NCBI GenBank assembly: GCA_010093605.1
Contig: MU004190.1
Location: 558,001 to 622,000 of the forward strand
Direction of reading: 5' to 3'
Length of the DNA stretch: 64,000 nt
DNA from: Lophium mytilinum
Taxonomy: Eukaryota
Of the stretch, positions 49,509-60,187 are shown one piece after another; position 1 is the stretch's first letter, and every line of letters begins with the position of its first letter. The position numbers were made by a program, and so were the translations under genes. The notes beneath the pieces were generated by a model, which was not told the origin of the DNA, made no database searches, and saw only the letters and a list, made by a program, of their open reading frames with translations.

Positions 49509-50657
49509 CTAGGTTGTCCATAATTTGCCATCATCTGTAGAGACTGCTGCGCACGCCTCTGGGATTCTTTTTTGGTCTTTACGTTGTTTCTTCTTTAGCT
49601 GTATCAGCTTTAGTACGGCCTCCTGTTCCTCGATTTTTAGGTCGAGGTCGGTGTCGCTTCCACTCGCTCCTTCTGAGCAAACAGTGGAGTCCAGGTAAGC
49701 TGTCGCTTTCGAGTGGGCAGCATTTTGTGGTGGAGGGGCCGGCCGCGCGTATCTATTGCTTGGATTGTATCCCGCATTAGAGTAAGGGGAGTTGGTTGTA
49801 GAAGCTGGACTCGGGAGATTCTGGGGATGTTGATTTTGATTTTGCCAGCCGTCTGGCCTTTGTCCTTGTGTAAAGTGTGATTGGTGTCTGAGTGGGAGCA
49901 TGGGATGCAGAGGTAAGGGAGCCGCATTGTTGCTAGAAGACTGGATTGGGGGCTGAACTTTGCCTTTACCCATAGGATATGGGACTGTGAGAGGTGAGTT
50001 AATGCCGGAAGCTGGGATTTCCGGGGCGGTGTTTACAACTGCAGACGATGAATGATGAGTGACTGCAGGTCCTGTCCTCACCGCTGATACTCGAGTTCTT
50101 GGAGCCGTTTGCGTCTGGTTGCCGCTGATGGAAAGGCCCGATGTAGGATTGGAAGCTTGCTGGTTGCTGCTCGGTCGCGCACGCTTCGGAGCTTTCACCA
50201 CACTGCTCGAATTTGCGCTGGCCGGTCGCTTCTTTGCCAACACCAAGGCTTCATGTTCTTCGTCCGTATCATCCGGAAGGAATTCATCTCCCTTGCTCTT
50301 GAATCGTTGAATGACTTCATCAATGTCTGCTGTGTCCAAGGGTTGACCGTCCTTCCCCTTAGCCACTAAGACAACCTTGAATTCCTTGCGAACGTCGAGG
50401 AGACGTCCCTCGGAAAGATCAGAGAGTCTTGCAAGCTTCTGGATGTAGCTATACCTCCACTCCTTGGGAGAACGCTCGGCCTCGCTCAGAGTTTTCCCAT
50501 TCTCGTCTTGCTTCCGAGGAAGGAGCTTGCCATCCGCGATCCAGTGGGAGAGGGGATTTTGCCCCAGAACCCAGTTTCTTCGAATACGATCGATTGAGCG
50601 TTTAACAGCCACTTGGCTTTGCTTTGAGAGCTTTTCGAAGTTTTTGTGAGGAGCCAT
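49509..50657 (-). CDS. Unknown-family protein, paralog B
   Basis: 382-aa ORF; same N-terminal motif pattern; C-terminal LDLKIEEQEAVLKLIQLKKKQ; putative 5'UTR intron 50733-50777. Confidence 0.75.
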   Translation of the reverse strand: MAPHKNFEKLSKQSQVAVKRSIDRIRRNWVLGQNPLSHWIADGKLLPRKQDENGKTLSEAERSPKEWRYSYIQKLARLSDLSEGRLLDVRKEFKVVLVAKGKDGQPLDTADIDEVIQRFKSKGDEFLPDDTDEEHEALVLAKKRPASANSSSVVKAPKRARPSSNQQASNPTSGLSISGNQTQTAPRTRVSAVRTGPAVTHHSSSAVVNTAPEIPASGINSPLTVPYPMGKGKVQPPIQSSSNNAAPLPLHPMLPLRHQSHFTQGQRPDGWQNQNQHPQNLPSPASTTNSPYSNAGYNPSNRYARPAPPPQNAAHSKATAYLDSTVCSEGASGSDTDLDLKIEEQEAVLKLIQLKKKQRKDQKRIPEACAAVSTDDGKLWTT

Positions 50658-52376
50658 CGTGTGAAGTCAGTGTCCTTCGGGCTGGAATATCGATGGTAAA
50701 GAGGAATTGTGATAAAGTGTCACCAAGACAGACTGGAAGAAGTTAGGACGAGCCATTGGATTTGGAGTTTAACTTACTGTCTTCTCACGCTCGAAAGCTT
50801 AGTAGTCGAGTAGAGCAAGGACACTGAAATGTGTTGCGAAGGTCAGTAAGGTAACAAGCAAGAAACGATGATGGGGGCGTTGATTGACGTTACCGGCTTG
50901 GACTACACGTACCAACCGCGGTCCGCTAGGTGAGGTAGTTTGTGCCGTAGAGGCCCTGTGTCGGAGGGTGCGAGACTTTGCCGTACTATCGAAGCTTTGA
51001 GGCGCAGGGACTAGGTAGCAGCCGTGGTGTTCGGATGGTTGCAGACCGTTGTTTCTGTAAGGCGCTGTCAATTAATGGAGCGAATTGGCGAGGTGGGCGG
51101 AGCGGATGTGTGGTAGAGGTTGTGGAAGACGCGATGGACGCTGAAATGAGGTACATACCCAGATAGAGAAGATGGGAGGTACGCCAACGGGCCTTGTTAC
51201 ACCTTCAGCGGACGGTTAAGAGACTCAGGAAGTAAAGAGTAAAGGAACTAAAGAGAAAGATTCATGTTTGTCTGGTGTGAGAAGAGGTGGAGGAGGATGA
51301 AGGAATGAAGTTGAAGGCGAGTGGAGGGCAGAAGGTCTTTAAATAGGCCGTGGGTCAAAGTCGAACGAGTTGATACGGGGCCAGCACAGGCCAGAGAGCG
51401 AACGAGTGAGGAGCAATAGTTGTCGACACGAAGCGCGGAGAGAGTGGCTAAGGAGATTGTGGTTGAGGTCGAGGTTCTTGGATTAGTGGCGGTGAGCGAT
51501 AGACGGTCAGAAGATGCTGGAGGATGTCTGGAGGACAGGGCAGCGGAGGAAGAAACGGGCTGGTATTGATGGGCGTGGAGTCCGAGTGGGATGTCTTAGG
51601 GTTGACGGAATATGGAAAGCGCGGAGAGAAGGGGGTTTGATTCGGATGCCGTTGATATGGAGGCTGATTCAGAGATGTTGAGAGTCCATTTTAGATTGTT
51701 GCATCGCCACGATCAGAGGAGACTGTGCCCAAAGGCAAGCAACTAATGTCTGTTCGTCTAGAAACATAAAGACAGGCATCAAGACAGTTATACCAACGAC
51801 ACAAATCTTGAATGGGTGCCAAACAGGTGAGAAAAAGGAGATTATAACGTTGTTATCATACATCTCAATTTGCATGTAGTCGCGATCGTGAACTTTGAAG
51901 CTAATTCTATACAACTTCTACTGCCTTCAGTCTGCAGTAATACTTGCTATTGCTATAGTTCAGGCCGAAGCTATTAAAGTTTGAGTCGAGCAAATGGAAA
52001 TCTATTCCCGTACCTATTCTGGGCACTCAGTCTACCCGCACACGCTAGGAGTACCTGGTGGAACCTGCTATACGCGTACGATCAATACTCCAACGTAGTT
52101 CAATTGAAAGCTTCCAAGAAAGTTAAACGACATCCTTAGACGTCCTACGGGTGGTCTGTATTGAACAGAGCATGGCTGAGAGGAGAGGCGTCGTTGAGCA
52201 GTGTAAACTCCGCGTGTCTGACGTTCCAAACTCGCCGCTTCAATTGGCTTGGTACGGAAGGCAGCGATTACAGTGAACTCGGTCTAGTATCTACATACAG
52301 TAGATGGCTAGCTGCCTTATCGAGTGGGCTGATGGCGGGGAGAAGAATATGCCACGCTTGGTACCTTGCCGAATAG

Positions 52377-52406
52377 AGCTAAAGTTAAAGTACTTTAACT
52401 TTAGCT
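52377..52406. repeat. Perfect 30-bp palindrome with no spacer
   Basis: agctaaagttaaagt|actttaactttagct is its own reverse complement. Confidence 0.95.
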
Positions 52407-53161
52407 TCCTTAGGCTTAGCGCAGGTTGGGGTCACTTAACTAACCGCCGTCAACCTCCTGACGTTTAGCCACCATTTATTAGGCTAATTGAACGATCAGA
52501 GGATGAGAGACTTATGGAACGATGCCGTTAAGCTATCGTCGGCTGAGAACAGGCGCCTTCATGCCGGCCTGAACCCGCGGACGTGAAGACCCTAGGTACA
52601 CGCTGATTCCATTCGCGTCCAAGCTTGTGGAGTCAGAAATGCAAGACAGGAAGCCATGTCGCTGCCCGTATGGTATCGAGTGCGATGATTGCAGTTCAAC
52701 ATACTGGAGAAGATCGTGTAAGAGTCTCGCAAAGGCCAAGAGATTTTGTAGCATGCCCGCGGGTGTATGCAGCGATCATGTCGTTCGCCCGTGTGCTGCG
52801 CGAGCTACCTTCCCCATGAGTCAGCTTTGAAGCCGTATCGTACTGTATGTGCTGCAAATTGGGAACTTAACGGGCACCCGCCTTCGGAGTATTGAGTAAT
52901 CCTGAGTGATCTAGAACGACTAACATATCCTACTCGGGCGCATGATACCATGGAAATGTGGAATTGTGACGAAACAAGCCAATGCGGCGACTGCAGACCC
53001 CGAACTCGAGTAAAGAGCAGTATGTGAGAGCAACAGAGGATTCCCAAAGTCTGAATAGATAGAGCTATATTCAGACGTATTCCTAGGATCTAAGGGTATA
53101 TGCCGTCAACGGCAATGACTGTCGATGGCGAAAGTGATGTAAGAAAAGACTAAATCTCTAA

Positions 53162-54442
53162 CTATCTGCAATTACGACAGGTATGTTCCTGGCCAAGAGC
53201 ACGCGCTCTCTCTTCCCTCTTGGTCTCGAAGTCGAAATTGATCATGTCCATTTCCGCCGCTGCGCGAATCTTCCTTGAGCTCACCTCGCCCATGTACGCC
53301 TCTGAGAGGCGTGTACGTATCTCTAACCAATGGACTTCTCCCTCGGCACCCCTCATCTCAGTTTCCGCCGCAAGCTTGCGCTTTTCTGCATCGTGCCAGG
53401 CGTTCTTTACGTCCTCCATCCGGCCTTGCATGTCCCGCACTCTTTGTTCTGCATTTTGCAGCTCTATTCCCTCTTTCTCATAGCGAAGTTTCGCGGTTTC
53501 GTACGATATCTTCAAGTTCTCCAGGACATTTTGCATGTCTTGACCGCCGGTGACGTTACTAGATGTTCTGAGGGGTGTCTCGACCGTGCTAGGATTTTGG
53601 AAAGACGTTACGTTGGCATTAGACCTCTGCAAGCCAGCAGCGTTCCTATAGTTAGGTCTTAGTTCTGGCAAAATTTTGATAGAAGCGGTTGGAGAACTTA
53701 CCTTTGCTCGTCGACTCGTGACGCATTGACTGCAAGGTGACCAGGTCGATAGACAAGGCTGTCAGCTAGATCATTAATGAATCAAGCCATCTCATGCGGA
53801 TAGCCTTCCCGGCAGCGATATATGCATTCTTGCTTCAGTATCTGACATGCGCCACACTGTGGTGTTTTGTAGTCGCACTTGTCGCCCGTCTCTATGCATC
53901 TCTCGCAACCTGCGACGGCTACGCATCTTCTCTTCGGAGGCCTTCCTTCTTAATCCCGGGTTATGTCTCTTTCACCCGTCGCGTTGGCAGCATCCGTAGC
54001 ATTGACTTTATGGCTTCCGGTTGGGAGTGGGCCCGCCATTTCGCGTCCATCAGTGTTCTGTCGACAGGTGTTAGAGTGATTTGGCATTATCGCAGAAATG
54101 ATAGATGGGACGCGATACCACTGCTGGGATCGACTGTGGAGCTAGAGGCTTCGAACCTCCAGGTATCAAAAGACCTACCGGGCATGCACAGTCTTGGTTC
54201 AGCTGCTGGCATCTTCTGCACTTGGGTTTTGCTCCGTCGCACCTTCCCTCCAACGTAAAACAAGACTTGCATGCCCAATAAGAGGGCTTGGACGCACAAG
54301 CAGGAGTGTCTAGAGGATGGAGATCTGGGGCGGGTAATATCTGCTGACTGAGAGACAAAGCGGGTGGTTCTGCGCTAGATTTCGCAGTGAACCAGTTCTT
54401 CAGCCTTGATTTGGCGGTTCCATTGTTGGAAGTCATCGACAT
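53162..54442 (-). pseudogene. Tandem double Zn(II)2Cys6 plus coiled-coil protein with one in-frame stop
   Basis: Clusters CKSCFTLEGRCDGAKPKCRRCQQLNQDC (54188-54271) and CERCIETGDKCDYKTPQCGACQILKQEC (53824-53907). Phase-0 intron 54058-54118; TAA at 53950-53952; coiled-coil last exon (ORF 53162-53671). Confidence 0.7.
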
Positions 54443-55751
54443 CGTCGGGATATATATATGTATATGTAGAGAGTTCGATTGAGGCTGAGATTGATTGACC
54501 TCGCTGAGCGGATACCCTTCAAAGCACACTGAAGGGTGGGCGAGCGTTGGTGCGAAGTCAAATGATACCTGAACTCGGCGATTAATCTGATTGATCCTCG
54601 ATATCAGTATCGGGGTGAGTGAGAAAGATGCAAGAGATAACGCGACATGCGCAGCTGTTAAATAGTCGATGTCGTTGAGGTGCAGAGTACGAAAGCCGCC
54701 CCGGGTATCTCTTCAATACTGTGCAGCGAACGGCTTTCTACCCCTACAAAAGCTATTCCAGTCAAAGACTCTTTCTGATCAGCTTCCAGTATCGTACATT
54801 ACCCTCGCAGCCCCCTGCACGGTGACCACAGCATGCATCCATGGGCGGCTGTAGCTCTGATTGCACGGCTTCCACATTTTTTGCGTAACCAAGGAAGAAG
54901 GTGGTGTGAACGGTGACTAGATCTATGCAAGAGAAATCTACAAGGGTCTAAACACTCCCTACCAGTGGCCAGGGCAGCAGGAGACGAATACTCACTCTAT
55001 TACAATATTCCCTCTTAAATCATAGCTTAGTGGGCCTCATCGAGTCCCAGCACTTGCCATCTCAGAGAGATGCGAAGGAGACTAGCCCACACCTACTGCA
55101 GCCTTCCATTGAGTCACAGATCACGTCTCATCATCTTCGTCTGTGCCACTTTCTCGCGGGAACTTGCAGCAAGCAGAGGTCCAGTGGGTGACACTGCACA
55201 CGGATTTCGTCTTGCCCCATCCAAGGGCTATCAGAGTGGAGAAGAAGGTGAATGTGATATAACGAGAGCAAACGGAACATGCAGCCGCACCTGCGAGGTT
55301 GCGTGACTGGCGCCGCTTGGTCAGCTACGAAGGAGAAAGCGGGCCAGACTCCATGATATGGCATAGAAGCTGACGAGAAGGAAGACAGAAGGCTGATTGA
55401 AGATGTTGTGATGTATGCAGGACGAGACATCTATCTTCCAGTGACACACAGCTAGAGAGGAGTGAAAGTGGTGGCGGTCGCGCTAGCCAGAAGAGGCTTA
55501 AATCAATCTAGCCACACTAAGCCTTGGCTGGCGTAGCGGTTTCCACCGTCACCAGGTGCACCTACCTACTAACCTTCCTACCATCCCGCCTCTTTACGAC
55601 TCGCCTTCTTCTGCCTCCCCATCATCGATTATCCCCAATTGTTCCGCCTCTTCACGCGTGGCGCTTTGCAAATTCGGCCGACGGACGGAGGGAGCTTGCA
55701 TTGAATTCGTCGTCGTACCCCCACGACCGTTCCAGTATTTCACAGCTCGCT

Positions 55752-57065
55752 ATGGCAGCGTATTTCAACCTTATTTTGCAGGGTACGTTGCCATTATCAT
55801 ATGGTTATAAATGGCCTTTGCTTCTCACGAAATATTAGGGACGGTCTATTTTGCTGCACGGCGTTCTGCCGAAGACGACGACATGCTACAAATGTATTCA
55901 AGCAAGCTTCTGGGCCCAGCAAGAGGTGCGTAGTACCATCATCGCTAAGCATGCGGACGATGAAAAGGCGCTCATAGACATAGAATCCACGTTTGATACT
56001 TTGTACTCGCGGGTTGCCCGAAATTGGCAGCAGCGGGACGACGTCCTTACGCCCTTTAACGACCGCCGATGGTCTCATGTTAGATCAGTCTGGAGTTTTG
56101 ACCTTGATAGTGATATTCTGCGATTGGATAAGAAAGATCGCAACCTTTGGGTCCCTCTTAATCTTATTCGCCAGCGCTATATAACCATTTCCGATTTCGA
56201 GCCTTATGAACCACCGCCTACAATCGCCAAACACGCCTTACAGTCCATGGCCGTCTACCCAACGCCATGTTGGAGAATAAAACGCAAGGAGATCGACCTG
56301 CAGCGCATAGAGCGGCACAAGGCTTTTATCTCCAAGATACTTGCCGACTTTGCATTCCAGTGGAGACACGTCCTTAATGGTCGTTACAACAACTCTACGT
56401 TTCGAAAGTTTGCCTATGCCATTATTAGTATTGTCACATTGGACTTTACTGTTGAAGAAGTAACGCTCTCACGCCAAGGCCTCGGTGGCTTCTTGGTCTG
56501 GATAGACAGACTCCCGGAGTGGGATTTTGCAAGCAGATATATCGTCAGGGTCGGCGAGACGTCCATCGTTATCTGCCAGCATGCTCCTCACGCCGTCGCG
56601 CTGATCGGAGAAGATTTCCGGAAGCGGATTCTGTCTACTCCCGATTCGGAAGACCGAAGTTTTACTTACCTCATACTCTCGGTGAGGGAGCTTATCCTGT
56701 ATCGTATGAACAACCAGCGCCCAAAATACACGGAACCCATGCGTCTGTTTGATGGGACGCATCCCCCACCTGACGAAGCCATTGAGCTTCTTCTCCAGGC
56801 CACGCAGACCAGCACGAGCGCCCTTGGGGCTCCTCTCCGCAAGCTCCCTGTTGAGCTGCAGGATGCGATTCTTGACAACGTGTCAGCGGGACCAATTGAG
56901 AGTGCTAGGGTCGGCTGCCTGCTTGACGCTGGGTCGTCCTTTTCATGGAAGTGCGGCAAACGAAACATTGAAAGGGAAGAAGGCCATCGGCATAGAACGC
57001 CTTGGACTCCTGTGGAGTCGCATATCTGTTTCGGCGGCTACCGTAGTGGGATAGCATACAAGTGA
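55752..57065 (+). CDS. Hypothetical protein with an F-box-like motif near the C-terminus
   Basis: Introns 55783-55838 and 55926-55977 give MAAYFNLILQGTVYFAARRS...LLGPARDIESTFD..., joining the 404-aa ORF; LRKLPVELQDAILDNV. Confidence 0.7.
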
Positions 57066-58472
57066 ACGTGTTCGGAACGCCCATGGTGAGATCTCGATCT
57101 AGTCCGTCGAGCTATCGCATGGTATGAAGTTTGACGACTCCATTTCCTAAGATTCGCCTTGAAACATCGACGGTGTCTTCACGTAAAGCCCGGCTGCCCC
57201 AACCACCATCATCGCTGCCTACGTGCCGCGCTTGCTAGCCAAACTCTGGCTTCTGAGGATTCTAACGCAGTATACCCATTTCTGGCGAGCTGCATTCGCC
57301 GCCCTCGCTAGCACTGGTAAGAGACATGGCTTCGAGCCTTAGGTGCTTGACTGTACAGCTCGAATTCGGACGCAGCTTCCCGTACGTCCGATGCCGTCCG
57401 TTACCCGCAATGAGATTTAGCTTTCAATGCAGCTCGACGGAGTTGTGCGAGCTCGACGTCCTGGATGCAGCTCGGCGTGCAAGGCACCTTGTGACACCTT
57501 TCCGCAGGTGGTCCACCGGTGACGCGTCTCTTTTCATCTGATCATTTTGTAATTGGTATTAGAAGTATCATCCGCGGTGTTTTAGCCTCGCCTATCGCTG
57601 TGTGGGCGGTTGGTCTATCGGTCTTGCATATTCTGCTGAGGAATTTGCTCTTCGATACGTCGTCGCTCTACCTCGGACTGCTAGCTTATCGGACATACAA
57701 GGTTCTGCTGGAGGGCTTGAGGTCCTAAAAAAATTCGTTCAATTAAACCAATCAGCATTTCTTGTCGTATTTCACCGCGTTACACCAAGGCCTCCTGCAG
57801 ATTGTCCCTCGGACGTGTGAAGAGAGTGTAGAAAAAGTTTGACTCGGCTGGAGTATTGACCGGATGCGCGTAGCAGCTTCCGCAATGTCCTACTGAATGG
57901 ACACGTGCAATGGGTGGGCAAACGCTACATGGAAGCACCTTTCGGTACTCCCTGAAAGAGGCTGCTGCGGCCACTCGGCCGAATCTTCTACTGCCACGCC
58001 CCTGAAAGAATTACATGCAAATGTGCGTCGAACCAGGCATTCGGAGTGCAAATATTTGGCGATCCGGAGCGTTTGCTTTTGGCAGAATGCACGGTAAACC
58101 GTTCTCAAGCTCTGACGAACCCTTGTACACAGGTTATGAATCGCAGCATGAAGGTGGAGCAGAACGGAGAGCATGAGATGAGCTCGGGTTCCACTCTTTC
58201 CAACATGAACATTGACGTTGTCAGCCGAGTAAGCGGAGACTGGATGTATGGTCTCTCGCTTCCTTCGATCGCTTGTCGCATGCACAAGTAACGAAAACAT
58301 GTCCACAATGAACCTTCGCCAGCCTTCGTTCGACTGGGCATAGAGATGTGGTGGGAGCGACGTCCCGAACGGCTCTATGCAGGGCGTGCTCGGCCTGCTG
58401 CAAATGGCGTCCAGGGGCTCTCGTCATAAGCCCTGATAAGGTGGCTTTCCGTGCGCTTCGCTTGAATACAGC

Positions 58473-58732
58473 CACAGTAGGTGTCAGGAGAGCTGTCACC
58501 CCCCAAATTACTAGGGGAAAAGTCCACCACGCTCGAAATATTTGGGTCTCAGTTGCGTGATACCTAAACAACGCCGGTTTAGACAGCTCTGCGTACTTAA
58601 ATTTCAGCAATTGCTTCTTCTTGTCGAGTTGTTGAAATTAGAAGTCTCGTCGTGAACCGATTTTCACGGGTCTGATTGGTTGATCGGCCCGCGGAGGATT
58701 GGGGGGTGACAGCTCTCCTGTCACCTACTGTG
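58473..58732. mobile_element. Non-autonomous DNA transposon (MITE), 260 bp, 34-bp TIRs, 4-bp TSD CAGC
   Basis: cacagtaggtgtcaggagagctgtcaccccccaa (58473-58506) matches the reverse complement of 58699-58732 at 33/34; cagc at 58469-58472 and 58733-58736. Confidence 0.85.
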
Positions 58733-60187
58733 CAGCTTCTTGCCACATTTCGTGGTTGGTGTATTCTGTAAATGCTGCGTAACGAAAGCTTTCTAACCCT
58801 GCAAAGGCTATTCAGGCCGATGGAATCTCTCTCATCAGTTTCCAGTACCGTAACTTACGCTCGCAGCCACCTGCTCGCTGACCACGACCTGCGGCAACGA
58901 GCTATACTGTCGATGTTATGTCACAGATCACTTATTCCGATGCTCGCTGGTTCCATATCGGCTGGTGTTCGAAGACACTATCATCTTCAAAATGAGGGCA
59001 TCTCAATGGAGTGCTTCTAAGACGCGGAGTCTTCGTTGCCCAGCTTCATTTTGAAGTGCTGCCCGCAGAAACAGGTTGATTTCTCTTCAATGGCTGTGAC
59101 AGTGAATTGATTCCGATCATGACATTTGAAAGTCAGCAAAAACGTCATTTCCATAATTTGCCTCTACCTCTTACCGCCCGAGTTCAGGAAAGCAGCCAAC
59201 CCACAGCTCCATGCACGCCCCCTGACGTCAAGTCGGCACTCTGTGGGTCAGAGCTGGATTTTGCCACAGCGTACCAGGTATAGATGTTGCAAACCCCCTC
59301 AGGGCCAAAGTTCATCATGGGAGCACACATAGGCTAGTAACCTGTAGCTTCCCTGACTTCCTGTAGCCACCCGTCGACCGAGAAGCTCCCCGCGCGGAGG
59401 CTGGAGCTTGGACTTGTCATGTCTACTGGGTTGGATATCTGCAGGAAACTTGACCGGCTTATCACAGTACTGCAATTCTGTCTGGTACTTAAACCCTCTC
59501 ATCTTCGCTCTTGCTGCCTTATCCACTTACCTACCCTCCGCCTCTTGTCTTCATAGAATACCCTTCTTTCACGTCGTCGGCTTCTGAGCTTTATATATGT
59601 CTTCATCACTCTGAACTTCGTTCATACCTTCAGGCACCTCGATCTTCTCAAATCGTTTGCTCTTGCTTCACTCATCGATCAAGGTCCTTCTACCCGATCT
59701 TACTTCTCAGGTTCTTATACTCCCCCGCTCTTTCTCCAATATATCGCAAGAACTGCCATTTAAGAGCACCGACAGCCTTGTTTTTGCTGTCTGCTACCCT
59801 CGACTCTTACCACTCCTACCTCTTTCGACTACCTCCCAGAAGTACTCCTGGTACTTCGCTCTACTTTGGACCAGTTTTACCCTCGACTCCCACTACACAC
59901 TCGAGCACACCTCCCCTACAGGTGCGTCACAAATCTTCCCTCTCGCGTGCAATGCTTATGTTTCTCTGCCTAGTCAGATATCGCTCGTTTCAGTGTGTAG
60001 TTCTGTTAGACTACCCTGAATCCCTCTTGCTACCGAGTACTGTCCAGTTTGGAATTCCATTACCGTCTTTTTGTTTAACCACCTGCGAGACAGTAAGTGA
60101 TACGCCCGTGCTTCATCACTTCTCTTCAATCTCACTGGCCTAACTCGTGCATCAAAGTTACAGATGTTCAATCATCTCCAGCACAAC

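Noticed and set aside
52627..52830. Small Cys-rich ORF (CRCPYGIECDDC...)
   Set aside because: No signal peptide, no recognisable Cys spacing, no supporting gene structure.
55915..55935. Apparent frameshift in the 55752-57065 gene
   Set aside because: A 52-nt GT-AG intron (55926-55977) restores the frame.
57326..58460. Many short overlapping ORFs next to the MITE as a transposase remnant
   Set aside because: No DDE or HTH motif recognised; unassignable by eye.
59511..60143. 210-aa ORF upstream of paralog C
   Set aside because: Low-complexity product of a CT-rich leader containing intron signals; non-ATG start.
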